Positions 15,640 to 29,160 of a stretch of 64,000 nucleotides of DNA are shown one piece after another. The position numbers and the translations under genes are program-made. Below the pieces are notes generated by a model. The model was not told the origin of the DNA. It worked only from the letters and a program-made list of their open reading frames with translations, and made no database searches. The DNA is taken from contig OX597830.1 in the NCBI GenBank assembly GCA_951406725.2, positions 36,208,001 to 36,272,000 on the forward strand. The letters are read 5' to 3'. The DNA is from Octopus vulgaris (taxonomy: Eukaryota). Position 1 is the first letter of the stretch, and each line of letters opens with the position of its first letter.

Positions 15640-15800
15640 GTGTTTGTGCGATAAGATGCTTGCATCCTAACAACTTGGTTCTGTGTTCAGTCCCCCACTG
15701 AGCCACACGTTGGGCAAATGTCTTCTTGGGACAGACAAAGACTTGTGAATGCATTTTACAAATGAAAATTAAAGAAACCGGTCGTATGTATTTGTGTGTG
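15640..15800 (+). mobile_element. SINE family A, diverged 5' half
   Basis: gttcagtcccccactg...ttgggcaaatgtcttc...cttgtgaatgcattt. Confidence 0.65.
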
Positions 15801-15826
15801 TGTATATATAGATAGATATATATATA

Positions 15827-15892
<66 letters not shown>

Positions 15893-16163
15893 TATATTCA
15901 AAGAGAGAGACCCAGCCTACTTGATTTAATACTGATCCTAAAAGAGGACGAATAAGATATTGTGATCTTTTAGGTGAGAGATAATGGACCAAATGACTCA
16001 GGGTTCTTAACGATTTAGCTAAGACCGAAAAATGCCCAGAGCATTTTCGGAACACCGAATTCTCTGTAAGAGATCGAAGCAGAAGATGACCATCATGTTG
16101 GAGGTGCTGACTATACCTAGATGGCGCCTTCTTCCCCCCACCCTATGCATCTGATTTAATTTA

Positions 16164-16398
16164 CAGTAATCCTTCGCCATATCGCGGTTCATCTATCACG
16201 CACTCAGTACATCGCGGTTGACCCAACGTGCACTCAGTACATCGCGGATTTTTCTGGCTAATATATGTAAGTTTATATCGTGGATTCCTCAGTATATCCG
16301 GATTTCTGCAGCCGATAGGTATTTATATTTTTCTAGATTTTAATTATTTCTGTGGGAGGTTTTGAAACATAACACCCGCGATAGTCGAGGGATTGCTA
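16164..16398. mobile_element. pogo/Tigger-like MITE
   Basis: TA-flanked; imperfect terminal inverted repeats (TIRs) cagtaatccttcgccatatcgcgg / ccgcgatagtcgagggattgcta; internal gcactcagtacatcgcgg twice. Confidence 0.7.
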
Positions 16399-16621
16399 TA
16401 TTGGTATTTGTTTCGTGAAACAAATTTCAAACGTGATTTATACTGTATTATTTTCTCTGTTCCACCCTTCACCCCTCCACCGTTCATTCTTTTAATGCAC
16501 GTCACCTCATCATTTGTAAATACATTTTGCAGTTGTAGTTTATTTAGTATACGTGAGATCTTGCGTCCAACGAAGATATGGTCATCATCATCATCATCAC
16601 CATCATCTTCATCATATTCAT

Positions 16622-16820
16622 ATAAATTTTTGGCACAAGAGCAACAAGTTCAGAGAAGGGGATGAGTCGATCACATTGACTCTAATGCTCGAGTGGTACT
16701 TATTTTATGGACTCCGAAAGGATAAAAGGTAAAGTCGACCTCGGCGGAATTTGAACTCAGAACGTAAAGAAGTACGAAATACTGCTAAGTATTGTACCCC
16801 TGCGTGCTAACGTTTCTGCC
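16622..16820 (-). mobile_element. SINE family B (tail Z)
   Basis: aaggtaaagtcgacctcggcggaatttgaactcagaacgt. Confidence 0.8.
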
Positions 16821-16853
16821 TTAATTCACAATGAAATATTAAAGAAGGGACGT

Positions 16854-17306
16854 GGCAGCGATCTGGCTGAATCGTTAGCACGCCGGGCAAAATGCTCAGT
16901 GGTATTTCGTCTGCCGTTACGTTCTGAGTTCAAATTCCGCCGAGGTCGACTTCACCTTTCATCCTTTCAGGGTCGATAAATTAAGTACCAGTTACGCACT
17001 GGGGTCGATGTAATCAACTTAATCCGTTTGTCTGTCCTTGTTTGTCCCCTCTATGTTTAGCCCCTTGTAGGGAATAAAGAAATATGAATCGTTAGCACGC
17101 CGGGCAAAATGCTTGGTGGCATTTTGTCCGTCTTTAGTCTGAGTTCAAATGCTGCTGAGGTCAACTTTCCCTTTTTCATCCTCCTTTTCGGAGTCGATAA
17201 AATAAGTACCAGTCATGTACTGAGGGGAGGAGGGAGGTCAACGTAATTGACTTACCCCCTTCCCACCCTGCGAACTTGCTGGCCTTGTGCAAAAACTTGA
17301 AACCAA
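16854..17306 (+). mobile_element. SINE family B tandem pair (unit with tail X, then 5'-clipped unit with tail Z)
   Basis: Same layout as 2719-3150; second unit starts at 17086 (gaatcgttagc). Confidence 0.85.
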
Positions 17307-18038
17307 TATTAACGCAGAGACAACTTTAAAAACGAAAAAAGTTTCCAACAAAAATTTACGTAAGAAAAAAATTTTTGTTTTAAATATCTAATATTAAAAT
17401 AACAAAAAAATATTCTTAACAATAATAATAATAATAAATATAACAATAAGAAAATAATTTTTTAAAAAAAATGAAATAAAAAAAAGCAATTGCCGAATTC
17501 TCTTTAATTTTCGCGAAATATAACTGGTAGCAAGAATTACTTGCTGGAATTATCCAGTTCAACATAATGATTCACGTCTTTTCTATTTAACTTTTATATA
17601 ATTTGCTTTGTTTATTTTTTTTCTTCTTGTATCTCCTGCAGGCTATATTCTATAGAAAGTCCCCAAATACTCATCGTTGCTTCTTTGTGTGCATGTGTGT
17701 GTATGTGTGTGTGTGTCTGTGTGTCTGTGTGTGTATGTGATTCTTCTTTGGTTTTTGTGTTGCTTTTTTTAAAAAACTATTTATATTTATATTCTTATTT
17801 TTTTAACAAGTCGATGTTGAAATCTCGCTGCCCTGTAAATGTTATGGTCTTTACTTGCCCCGAAAGAAATTAGATTAGATTCTACAATTATTTTGCTTGT
17901 GTAAGGTTACGTTTGGGACTACAAGTGTTTATTTATGTTCGGTTTAAGTTGCCTGCTTTATAACCGGTTTATTCCGCATTATTTTGTTCATGGTAAATTT
18001 TGTTGTTTTGTCTTTCACGCTATATTTTATTCCATATT

Positions 18039-18234
18039 TCTTCTTCTTCTTCTTCTTCTTCTTCTTCTTCTTCTTCTTCTTCTTCTTCTTCTTCTTCTTC
18101 TTCTTCGTCTTCGTCTTCGTGTTTTTCTTCTTCTTCTTCTTCTTCTTCTTCTTCTTCTTCTTCTTCTTCTTCTTCGTCTTCTTCTTCTTCTTCTTCTTCT
18201 TCTTCTTCTTCTTCTTCTTCATATTATTATTATC

Positions 18235-18284
<50 letters not shown>

Positions 18285-18338
18285 CATCATTATTATTATT
18301 ATTATTATTATTACTATTATTACTATTATTATTATTAT
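18039..18338. repeat. (CTT)n followed by (ATT)n
   Basis: Direct inspection. Confidence 0.95.
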
Positions 18339-18375
18339 ACTCTTCATAACTTACCGAATGTTAGATGGATAGCTA

Positions 18376-18436
<61 letters not shown>

Positions 18437-19510
18437 GCAAGTAGGTGCAAAGATGTGAAGCTGAGTATGGCATGACTATGTACGTGTGTATGCTAATAAG
18501 TAAAAACGGTAAGCAAGTGTTTGGCCAAATAGATAAATAAACATATATACAAACATACACACATATACACACATGCGCGCACGCGCAACAAGGTCGATGG
18601 ATAGTGAATATTTAATAAGCAGGGAAATCTTCGTGTGTACGTGTATATATATATATATATATATATCATGGGCTCATGTGTGTAGATTTGTTTTGATAAT
18701 GGATGCTTGAATTATCGAGAAGATAGATATGGATAAATGCATCGATAGATCGATAAAAAGATAGGTAATGCGGGAGAAATGAATGGTTATCTAAATACTC
18801 TTATTTAGAGATATGTAAATAGATGCAGAGTTGAAATATATGCGAGAAAGAGTAAATATTTTCAAAATTCAGTTTTTCGCTGGTTAAATCTACTTTTGGT
18901 TTTTAATAGTGAAAAAAACATGGCCGATCGTCAAAGTAACGGCACTTATAAATATAGCGGTTTTTGCATTTGTTTTGTTTTGTTTTGTTTTTGGTCTTTT
19001 TTTTACGTAATCGTTTATAGGTTAGAATTTGGAGTGGATAACTTAAGCGTCAATAAAAAGAAATATAAATATATTTGGTTGGGAGAAGAAAACTATGTTC
19101 GTTTCTTTAGTTCTTAACTAAATTCTTCATTGGTGAAATCGGATATTTTATCGAAGATTCTAAATGAACGTATGTTGTTGATGTTATTGCTATTGTTGTT
19201 GTTGTGGTGTAGGTCGTGGTGACGGTTGTGGTTGTCGTGATGGTGGCTTTGGCAGCAGGTGTGGTGGTGGTGGCGGCGGCGGTAGTGGTGGTGGTCGTTG
19301 TAATTGTATGAGTCTCAATTAGTCCCAGACCTAGAACTATTCTCCGAACACCAGGCATATCCTCAAAGACAATCTAACCGCAGCAATTCTTTCTTCTACA
19401 TAGACACTATATATCTAAAGGTGCAAAGTCAGCTATGTTCTCCCTATTCTAAAAAAAAATATCAAGCTTGTGATTTGAAGGAGATTTGGCTGCTATGAGT
19501 AGTAGTAGTA

Positions 19511-19573
<63 letters not shown>

Positions 19574-19958
19574 TGGGGGAATGCGCTGTTACAGCAAGTC
19601 GCTGCATACACTATTTGTTGGTGATTCCCTAGTACACCTGCTGGCAGGTTACACCTTTACACCACTCAGGTGACATCCTTCCGGTTCATGGATCTGTTCA
19701 GGTAGTCGGAGCTGCTACGAAAGTTCTACGAAGTCGTAGTGCAAATCTTACCTCAACTACTTTTAGTCACTTATGACGACATGCAACGGTAACGTTGGGT
19801 CTATTCTTTGACATGCCGATCCCCACACAGCTATCGTGGGTTTCGCGTTTTTCTTCATTTTTGCCGGTCAAGTGACACAAAGAGTAGCCTCCATTCACTG
19901 GTTAAATCATTATTGCTAAAGATATTAGTCTAATGCAAACTCTTATACAAATTCAGTA

Positions 19959-20054
19959 CCGTTCTACATTTAAGAGATGAGGAATTATGTAGTAGTTAAA
20001 AGTGTGGACTACTAACCCCAAGATTCCGAGTTCGATTCCAGACAGTGACTTAAA

Positions 20055-20117
<63 letters not shown>

Positions 20118-20118
20118 G

Positions 20119-20156
<38 letters not shown>

Positions 20157-20336
20157 TAATAATAATAATAATACACAACAACAACAACAACATCGAAAAA
20201 TACCTTAGGAATGAGAACCTAAGTTCCAAATTTCCCCAAGACACCTGATGAAGGCTGGGGGGTATATCAGCCGAAACGTTGTGTTAAAAACAAACAAGAT
20301 GAGGACAAACATCCGTCAAATGTAAATAATGTAAAT
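19959..20336 (+). mobile_element. SINE family C copy 1: inverted 3'-tail piece, 5'-clipped tRNA head, (ATT)n(AAT)n, hammerhead tail
   Basis: B box gagttcgattcc; 10-bp TSD aaattcagta at 19949-19958 and 20337-20346; homologous to 23886-24556 and 35133-35468. Confidence 0.85.
20240..20285 (+). ncRNA. minimal type I hammerhead ribozyme motif (Penelope type)
   Basis: Stem I GACAC/GUGUU; core CUGAUGA plus one extra A; stem II GGCUG/CAGCC; GAAA; palindromic ACGU in place of stem III; predicted cleavage after GUU (20280). Confidence 0.8.
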
Positions 20337-20362
20337 AAATTCAGTAGTATATATTATTAACA

Positions 20363-20555
20363 GGGCCGTAGATTGGCAAAATCATACGATCGTTTTAGGA
20401 AATGTCTTGCGATAATTATTCTGGTTGTTTATGTTTTGAGTTCGAATCCTACCAAGGTCAGTTTTGCAAACCAGTCATGTACTGAGATCCCTATTATCGA
20501 CCTAAACGTTTTCCCGCCCCGCTCGAATTTCTGGCCTTGTAGCATCGTTAGAAAA
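20363..20555 (+). mobile_element. SINE family B, diverged
   Basis: ttggcaaaatc...gagttcgaatcctaccaaggtc...ctggccttgt. Confidence 0.6.
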
Positions 20556-20594
20556 AAAAAATAACCATTTCGAGGTTATTGCTCGGCCGCTTTA

Positions 20595-20809
20595 AATAAT
20601 CCTTTCTGCAATAGGCACAAGGCCTGAAATTCGGAGATGAGGACTAATCGATCAGATCGAACCCAGTGTTTCACTGGTACTTATTTCATCGACCACGAAA
20701 GAATGAAAGGCAAAGCTGACCCCGGCGGAATTTGAACTCAGAACGTATGGGCGAAATACTGCTAAGCATTTCGTCCAGTGTACTGACGATTTTGCCAGTT
20801 CACCACCTT
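20595..20809 (-). mobile_element. SINE family B (tail Y)
   Basis: aatcctttctgcaataggcacaaggcctgaaatt...ggcggaatttgaactcagaacg...gccagttcaccacctt. Confidence 0.8.
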
Positions 20810-20983
20810 TATGATTTCAATAATAACAGAAAAATCCTTTCTTTGCCATATTTGGTAACTTTTTTACCAAATATGTAGTGTCATCTAATCCTATGAAATT
20901 AAAAGTCAATTTCCTTCTCTCTACCTCTCTCTCACCATTTCTTTCTATTTTCTTTCTCTCTCTCCCTCTCCTCCTCCCCTCTT

Positions 20984-21014
<31 letters not shown>

Positions 21015-21197
21015 GTCTATCTCTCTCCTTTTATGACCTGGTTTCCTTAGATACCTTAAGAAAAACTAAGAGATACAGAAGTGAGAGGTGTCTCCTTTGG
21101 TTTAAAAATATTTTGGTGACGTAGATATCTCTGTTATCAAGTCTACAGCTACGATCTCTGCAGTATGCATCTCTTCCTGCTCATTATGTGGGGGCCA

Positions 21198-21416
21198 AAA
21201 GCGACGAGATGGCAAAAACATTAGCACGCCGGGCGAAATGCTTTGCGGTATTGGGTCTGCCGCTACGTTCTGAGTTCAAATTCTGCAGAGATCGACTTTG
21301 CCTTTCATCCTTTCGAGTTCGATAAATTAAGTATCATCGAAACACTGGGGTCGATATAATCGCCTAGCCCCAGCCCCAAAAATTTTCAAGGCCGTGTGCC
21401 TAGAGTAGAGATAATT
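21198..21416 (+). mobile_element. SINE family B (tail Y)
   Basis: Head ttagcacgccgggcgaaatgc, Meta-like core, tail ggccgtgtgcctagagtag. Confidence 0.85.
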
Positions 21417-21529
21417 ATGTGGGGTTCATTTTGAATCCCGAAAGACAATACAAATGTTTTAAAGCTTTGAAAACTCTTCGTGTTGCTGTTGTTGCTATTA
21501 CTCGTATTGTGATTACTATTTGCAATTTG

Positions 21530-21586
<57 letters not shown>

Positions 21587-21877
21587 GTTCAGAATTAATA
21601 CTATCATTATTTTGTTTAGAAATTTTCTTTAATAAATAAGCAAAGGAAATTATCCTTTTCGCATATCATATTTGATAACTAAACTAGTTTAATAAGCATC
21701 CGATGAGAAAGATAGCTCTCACTAGTTCAACCATTTATAATTTACACAAGTCTATTGTAACTAGTCACACATTTATGTGTAATTTGGGGTGAAGCAGAAT
21801 GCGACTGAAACAATTGTGACCGATATTAAACTTACGTTATACAAGTATCTTCATCATGTGTGTGTATGTGTGTGTGT

Positions 21878-21935
<58 letters not shown>

Positions 21936-21991
21936 TCCTTTTAGGCACTCTTGTAACTTTTTCCGATTAGATATATATAGTGCGTATATAC

Positions 21992-22040
<49 letters not shown>

Positions 22041-22283
22041 AGGGGGAGAGAGAGAACATCAAATTAACATTCACATAGGCACACACAGAACGCAGATGCG
22101 CACGCAGATACACATTTGCATATATGTGTATTCACACATGGGCACATGAGGAATCGAACGGGTTTCTCTGCGCCAGTAATATAGACGGCTGCCTAAAGGC
22201 AACTGGCAATTCGTCTATCACCACTGCGTACAGATCTGAACCTTTTCTGTTACTCTTTTATTATCATCATCATCATCATCATA

Positions 22284-22330
<47 letters not shown>

Positions 22331-22543
22331 CATTATTATTATTATTATTATTATCATTATTATAATTATTATTATTATTATTCTATGTTTGACTTTTGCT
22401 TTATATTTGTACAAGTTGGCTCCAAGTCTCACCCAGAGACCTCAAGAGACAACAGGGTTGGAAGTTCATGTTGTTGTTATGCCTAGTGTGCCATATATTT
22501 GGGGGGTGGGGATGTTGTACTAATGGATGTCTAAAAAAAAAGG

Positions 22544-22607
<64 letters not shown>

Positions 22608-23728
22608 CATCATCATCATCATTCCTATATTACTTCTAACGACCGGTCTGTATAATTATAGCTTCGTCAGGTCTCGTCGGTGTGTGCTCACACTGAAACC
22701 GGTCTCAAGCCATCACAAAAACATGGAGAGAGAATATGAGAGCGAAGAAATGAGATGGTTGGTGGAATGAAGAACTAAGGTCAATTTGAATGAGGATTTT
22801 TTCTTCTCACGAAAGAAACCGTGATGCAAAATCTGATTACGATAAGAACGCGACTTATATATAAACTCGACTACTAATGCTAGCCATTCTGTCCCTCGGC
22901 ATGCCTTCACCAAACAGCATTTCGGCCCTCCTCTTTCTTTCTCATTCTATTTAATACGCTTTCTCTCTCTTCTTTATCTCTCTCTATCTCTATCTTTATG
23001 CCTTGCTTCTGTTCATTTCTCTTTCTACTTACTTCTCTTTTTAACTCACTGTTTCTCCTTCCCTCTCTTGTCTCTCTCTCTCTCTCTCTCAATCTATCTA
23101 TCTATCTAATATTCACCTGCCCATCCTCTTTATTTTTCTCTTTTGTTTTATGCAACGTTTTCGATACGCACCGTTAAAACTATATGGATTAGATCTTCGA
23201 CAACGAATTCCTAATTTATGAGTTCTGTTTCACATCAGACTTTTCCTTTCTATACCAGACATACTTCTGTTAAATATCACTTCGTTATCCTTTGTTACCA
23301 AAAACACTCCTCGTTTCATTTAGCTTCTAATCCTGGCGGCGAATGCCTATCTTTTTCTTGCCTGCACCAGGTCAGCTATGGAGTTTGAAGCAGGTACCGA
23401 CAATCAGCAACACTCTCCTAATTTTATGTCAACGTAGTGATTCGACTTGCTAGAAATACCAACCAAATCTCTATCAAATTACTCCTCTACAATTTCCTTA
23501 GAACGTAAAATTTTACGTTCTAAGGAAATTAGATAACACAACTCTAGATTGTCGGCTTTTTTATTTTTGATTTTTTCCTACTTCGACGATATGGTCATGC
23601 CAAGAACGCCTTTGATGAATGATAAGTCTGTTCAATGAAAGCTTAACTGGAATTAAATAACAACAATTTAAGGTGTTTATCCAACTTAACTTTATTTTAA
23701 CCAATCTGTTTACAACATAGCAAATGTT

Positions 23729-23878
23729 GCTTTCAAATTTTAGCACAAGGCCAGCAATTTCGGGGGAGGGTGCAAGTCGATTATATCGATCATAGAGTCA
23801 ACTGGTGCGTATTTCATCGACCGTGAAAGGATGGAAAAAAGGATGCTATGTTTAGCCCCTTGTGGGCAATAAAGAAAT
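23729..23878 (-). mobile_element. SINE family B 3' half (minus strand) plus a short plus-strand tail-X fragment
   Basis: tttcaaattttagcacaaggccagc...; ctatgtttagccccttgtgggcaataaagaaata at about 23846-23879. Confidence 0.65.
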
Positions 23879-23885
23879 ATAATAT

Positions 23886-24057
23886 CCTTCTATATTTAAG
23901 AGATGAGGAATTATGTACATTATTTACATTTGACGGATATTTTCCTCATCTTGTTTGTTGTTAACACAACGTTTCGGCTGATATACCCTCAAGCCTTCAT
24001 AAGGTGTTTTGGGGAAATTTCGAACTTGGGTTCTCATTCCTAAGGTATTTTTCGATG

Positions 24058-24148
<91 letters not shown>

Positions 24149-24216
24149 CATTATTATTATTATTATTATTATTATTGTTATTCAGGACACTGCCTGGAAT
24201 CGAACTCGGAATCTTG
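23886..24216 (-). mobile_element. SINE family C copy 2 (inverted, 5'-truncated, retains the ~30-nt 3' extension)
   Basis: Reverse complement of copy 1 body; hammerhead motif 23963-24008 has mutated core CUUAUGA. Confidence 0.85.
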
Positions 24217-24227
24217 CCCACGGGCAT

Positions 24228-24556
<329 letters not shown>

Positions 24557-24574
24557 ATAATATATACTTAATAT

Positions 24575-25012
24575 CGGTCTCAAATTTTGGTACAATGCCA
24601 GCTATTTCGAGGAGGGGTTTAGTCGATGACATTGATCCCAGAGTTCAACTGCTACTTATTTTATCGATCCCGAAAAGACGAAAGGCAAAGTCGACTTTGG
24701 CAGCGTTTGAACTCAAAACGTAGAGTAGGAAAAATAACGCTAAGCATTTCATCCAACATATTAACGATTGAACCAGCGTGATAATAGTAAAATAATGGTT
24801 TCCAGTTTTAGCACAAGGCCATCAATTTGGTTAAAATGCTAAGTCGGTAACATTGATCCTAGTACTCAATTGGTACTTCTTTCATTGCTCTTTGAAAAAG
24901 AACAAAGGCAAAGTCGATCGCAGCGAAATTTGAACTCAGATCGTGGAAAGACAGAAGAAATTACTCTAAGCATTTTGTGCGACGCGCTAACCGTTCTGCC
25001 AGCTCACTTGCT
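24575..25012 (-). mobile_element. two tandem SINE family B copies (about 24575-24780 and 24796-25012)
   Basis: Each has tail Z, aaggcaaagtcga core and tttgaactca B box on the minus strand. Confidence 0.75.
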
Positions 25013-25531
25013 GTCACAGTACAGTTGTAGCACTAACGACAATAACAATAACAACAACACAAGCAAACATTACAAATAATAATAACAACAACAAAAAGCC
25101 ACAATCATAAGAACAACAGCAACACCATTAGTAAGCCAATAACCAGCCAACCACCAACAATAAATCTGGATATATTGATGGATTTCAGCAAATTTGGTTT
25201 CTCCTTCCAACATTGTGAAGTGTCTTTTTTCTTATCCCCATGTATTACTCTTGGCTGTATAATGATTACGGTATTGGTGGTGGTGGTGATGGTTGTGGTG
25301 GTGGTGGTGGCGGCGGCGGGGTGGTGGTGATGGTTGTGATGATGGTGGTTAAAATCATTGCAGTGTTCTTGATCTCTCTATCTCTCTCTCTCTCTCTTTC
25401 TCTCAAGATTGCGCGCACGACACAAACATACACACTCACACACATACACATATGTATATATACACATATGTATATATTTTTACATGGAAATGGTTGACAG
25501 TTACGTCGAAGTTTCGGCTGTGTAACCTTCG

Positions 25532-25860
<329 letters not shown>

Positions 25861-25950
25861 ATATACATACACACATATACAAAAACGTGAACACACACAT
25901 ACACTCGTGCTTATTCACTTACACGCATATACATTCATACAGATAGACGG

Positions 25951-25985
<35 letters not shown>

Positions 25986-26528
25986 AAGAGGAAGATTGGT
26001 ATATACATACATATTATAGGTACATACGTAATGTATATATACATATGTGCATACAACATATATGAGAGAAGAAGGATAAAGGAAAGCAAAGAAGAGAAAA
26101 AAAAGAAAACAGAATTTAAAAAAAGGAGAATTAATGGTTAAGAAAAATGAAAGAAAGCTGGGGAAGAGAGGCTGATGGAGGTTTGAATTAAAGTATTTCT
26201 TTCTTCAGATAATCGTCTAATCGATCAAGTTAAAATTGTTCTAACGAATTGGGGCGGGGTAGAAGATAAAAAGCAAAGGAGAAAGGAGGAGAAAAAAAAA
26301 CACACCGGCAACGTTTGAATCGAACTTAAATACGTTGGTGACAGCTTTGAGACGAGAAATTGTATGTGTGTGAGAAAATCTGAAGTGAAGAAATTTGTAA
26401 AAGAAACCATTGAAATTAGAGGATTTATAGAAAGACATCAGCGCCGAAGTACTTATTCGTTAGGGACAAAAAAACAACAAAAAAAACAGGTAGTGGGGAT
26501 GGATGACAGAAGAGAAAACAGAAGGTAA

Positions 26529-26655
<127 letters not shown>

Positions 26656-26806
26656 TATATATAATACATACGCACACACACACACATACACATATATAAT
26701 TTCTTTCTGAAGGAAAATCGATTGCTGGATAAGAAATGACGAAAATTTGCAATTAAACTATTATTAATAATAATAATAACAATAATAATAATAATAATAA
26801 TAGTAA

Positions 26807-26841
<35 letters not shown>

Positions 26842-26845
26842 ATGA

Positions 26846-27305
26846 TTGTTTCGAAGTATGGCACAAGGCTGGTAATTTTGAGAGGAGGGGGAGCTTGTTG
26901 ATTACATCGACCTCAGTAATTGGCTGGTATTTTATGTTGTCAACCCCGAAAAAATTTAATGGGAAGGTTAACCTCGGTGGGATTTGAGTTTAACATATAT
27001 GGAGCCGAAATAGATGCCATTAAACATTTAATCCGACGCGCTGACGATTTTACCATCTCGCCGTCATAATAATAATGATAATAATAATGATAATAATTCT
27101 TTCTACAATTCGCACATGGCCTGAAATTTTGCGACAGGAGGCAGGTCGATTACATCGACCCCCGTAGTCTACTGGTACCTATTTTATTGACCCCGAAAAG
27201 ATGGAAATATAGTCAACCTCGGCTGGATTTGAGCTCAGAATGCAAAGATGGAAATACCGCTAAGCATTTTACCCGGTGTGCTAATGTTCCGCCAGCTCGC
27301 CGCCT
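26846..27305 (-). mobile_element. two tandem SINE family B copies (about 26846-27066 and 27096-27305)
   Basis: Family B core and head on the minus strand, separated by (AAT)n. Confidence 0.75.
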
Positions 27306-27314
27306 CACCACCTT

Positions 27315-27369
<55 letters not shown>

Positions 27370-27370
27370 G

Positions 27371-27810
27371 TATTTATTGATTGACACGAGTATTCCTTGC
27401 GATCACAATATAGCGGCAAAAGAATTTGACAAGATCAATAAATATAAAGACTTGCTAATAGAAATTGGAAGAATGTGGCATCACAAGGCGACTACAGTAC
27501 CAGTGATCGTAGGATATCTGGGAATGATAAAAAAAAATGGTACTGAAACCGATTTGAAAATGATACCAGGCTTACCATCCCTACAGGAAGTGCAAAAAAT
27601 CGTGTTAAGTGGAACGATTCATGTACTGAGAAGAGTATTATCGCTGTGAAAATAACATCCATTCATGAATTTATTTATTTAAATACATAATTTACCTGTG
27701 AATTTGCGTGTGTAATCTGGGAATGCATTCAATGAACTTCTCTGCCCTAGTTATACGGAAAGCACTCGGCAAGAAACGGAAGCAAATTTGAAGAAAGAAG
27801 GAAAAAAAAC
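27371..27810 (+). mobile_element. Dong/R4-clade non-LTR retrotransposon, 5'-truncated 3' fragment
   Basis: Translation YLLIDTSIPCDHNIAAKEFDKINKYKDLLIEIGRMW...VPVIVGYLG...LQEVQKIVLSGTIHVLRRVLSL* matches the C-terminal restriction-like endonuclease region of R4/Dong; flanked by (AAT)n on both sides, the known Dong target. Confidence 0.85.
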
Positions 27811-27821
27811 AATAATAATAA

Positions 27822-28190
27822 TCCTTTCTACTATAGGCACAAGGCCTGGAATTTTGGGGGAGGGGACAAGTCGATTACATCTACCCCAGTGTATCACTGG
27901 TAGTTAATTTATCGATCACGAAAACATGAAAGACAAAGTCGACCTCGGCGGTTTTTGAACTCAGAACGTAAAGACCGGCGCAATGATGCTAAGTGTTTTT
28001 CCCGGTGCGCTAACGATTCTGCCAGCTCGCTGCCTTGGCATCTTTATAATAATGGTTTCAAATTTTGCCACAAGGGCAACAATTTTGGGGGAGGGGATGA
28101 GTCGATTACACCGACCCCAGTTTTCAACTGGTACTTACTTTTATCGACCACGAAAAGATGAAAAGCAAAGTCGACCTCGGCAGAATTTGT
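27822..28190 (-). mobile_element. two tandem SINE family B copies (27822-28037 tail Y; about 28052-28190 tail Z, partial)
   Basis: cctttctactataggcacaaggcc...gattctgccagctcgctgcctt; ggtttcaaattttgccacaagg... Confidence 0.8.
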
Positions 28191-28885
28191 GTAATAATAA
28201 TAATGGCAGTTCTTTCTAATTTTGATATAAAAATTCTCTCCAATATAGCTTAAAATACCTTGTTCATAATTCGTTCCGTTTAAAGCCGAGTGTGTAGTGT
28301 AATATGAAGGAAATTTAGCTGCTATTTCTACAGGTTGAACGAATGCGCAAAGGTTCCCTCAACGCCTCGACATCTGTAGTTGGTGTGATTGCGTGGGGTT
28401 TCTTTTATAACATTTTCTGAGAGGACAAAATAAAACTTTGATCATTGCAAGTCGTGCATGAGACTTCTGTGAAAATAGCATTTAAATCATCAAATAGATT
28501 TTTCCAGTTCTATGTATCCGACAACATTTTGGTATTGAACCGTGGATATTTAAGCAAAGATAAATTAATTTGCATACTGTAATGTCCACGTGTTTTATCC
28601 TCTTGTTAGTGATGTGTGTGAAAATTAGTAGCTTAGCCAATAACAAAATTGTCTCAAGCGAAAAAACGAAAACTAGTTAATTATTTATCCTTGATGATAG
28701 ATTTCTATCAATGGGAATACTTCCATTACGATTTCGAAGGATGTATGGTTGTTGTGACATTTTAAACGTTACATAAAGACACTAATAATTTAAACGAAAA
28801 TTAAATGCCATTGCTGAGAAATAAAACCAGTGGAACAGATTGTACTAAACTACAGAGCTCATCTTTTCTGCTCATTTATTCGGAT

Positions 28886-29160
28886 GATTGTTGTTGTTGT
28901 TTGTTCCTTCTCGGGCCACGCCTGGCTCATTAGGGCCGGTTTCCCGGTTTCCTTGGCGTATAGGTTCCCCACCTCTAACGGGACGCCGGTCCGTCGCAAG
29001 TGAGCTGCAAGATGCAGGAGGAAGAGTGAGAGAAAGTTGTGGCGAAAGAGTCAGCAGAAGTTCGCCATTACCTTCTGCCGGAGCCGTGTGGAGCTTAGGT
29101 GGTTCGCTCATAAACACACACTTCGCCCGGTCTGAGATTCGGACCCGCGATCCCTCGGCC
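28886..29160 (-). mobile_element. SINE family D (tRNA-derived, (AAC)n tail)
   Basis: Reverse strand: ggatcgcgggtccgaatctc B-box-like; GC-rich body with tgcgacggaccggcgtcccg, resembling a V-domain motif; ends in aacaacaac. Confidence 0.6.
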
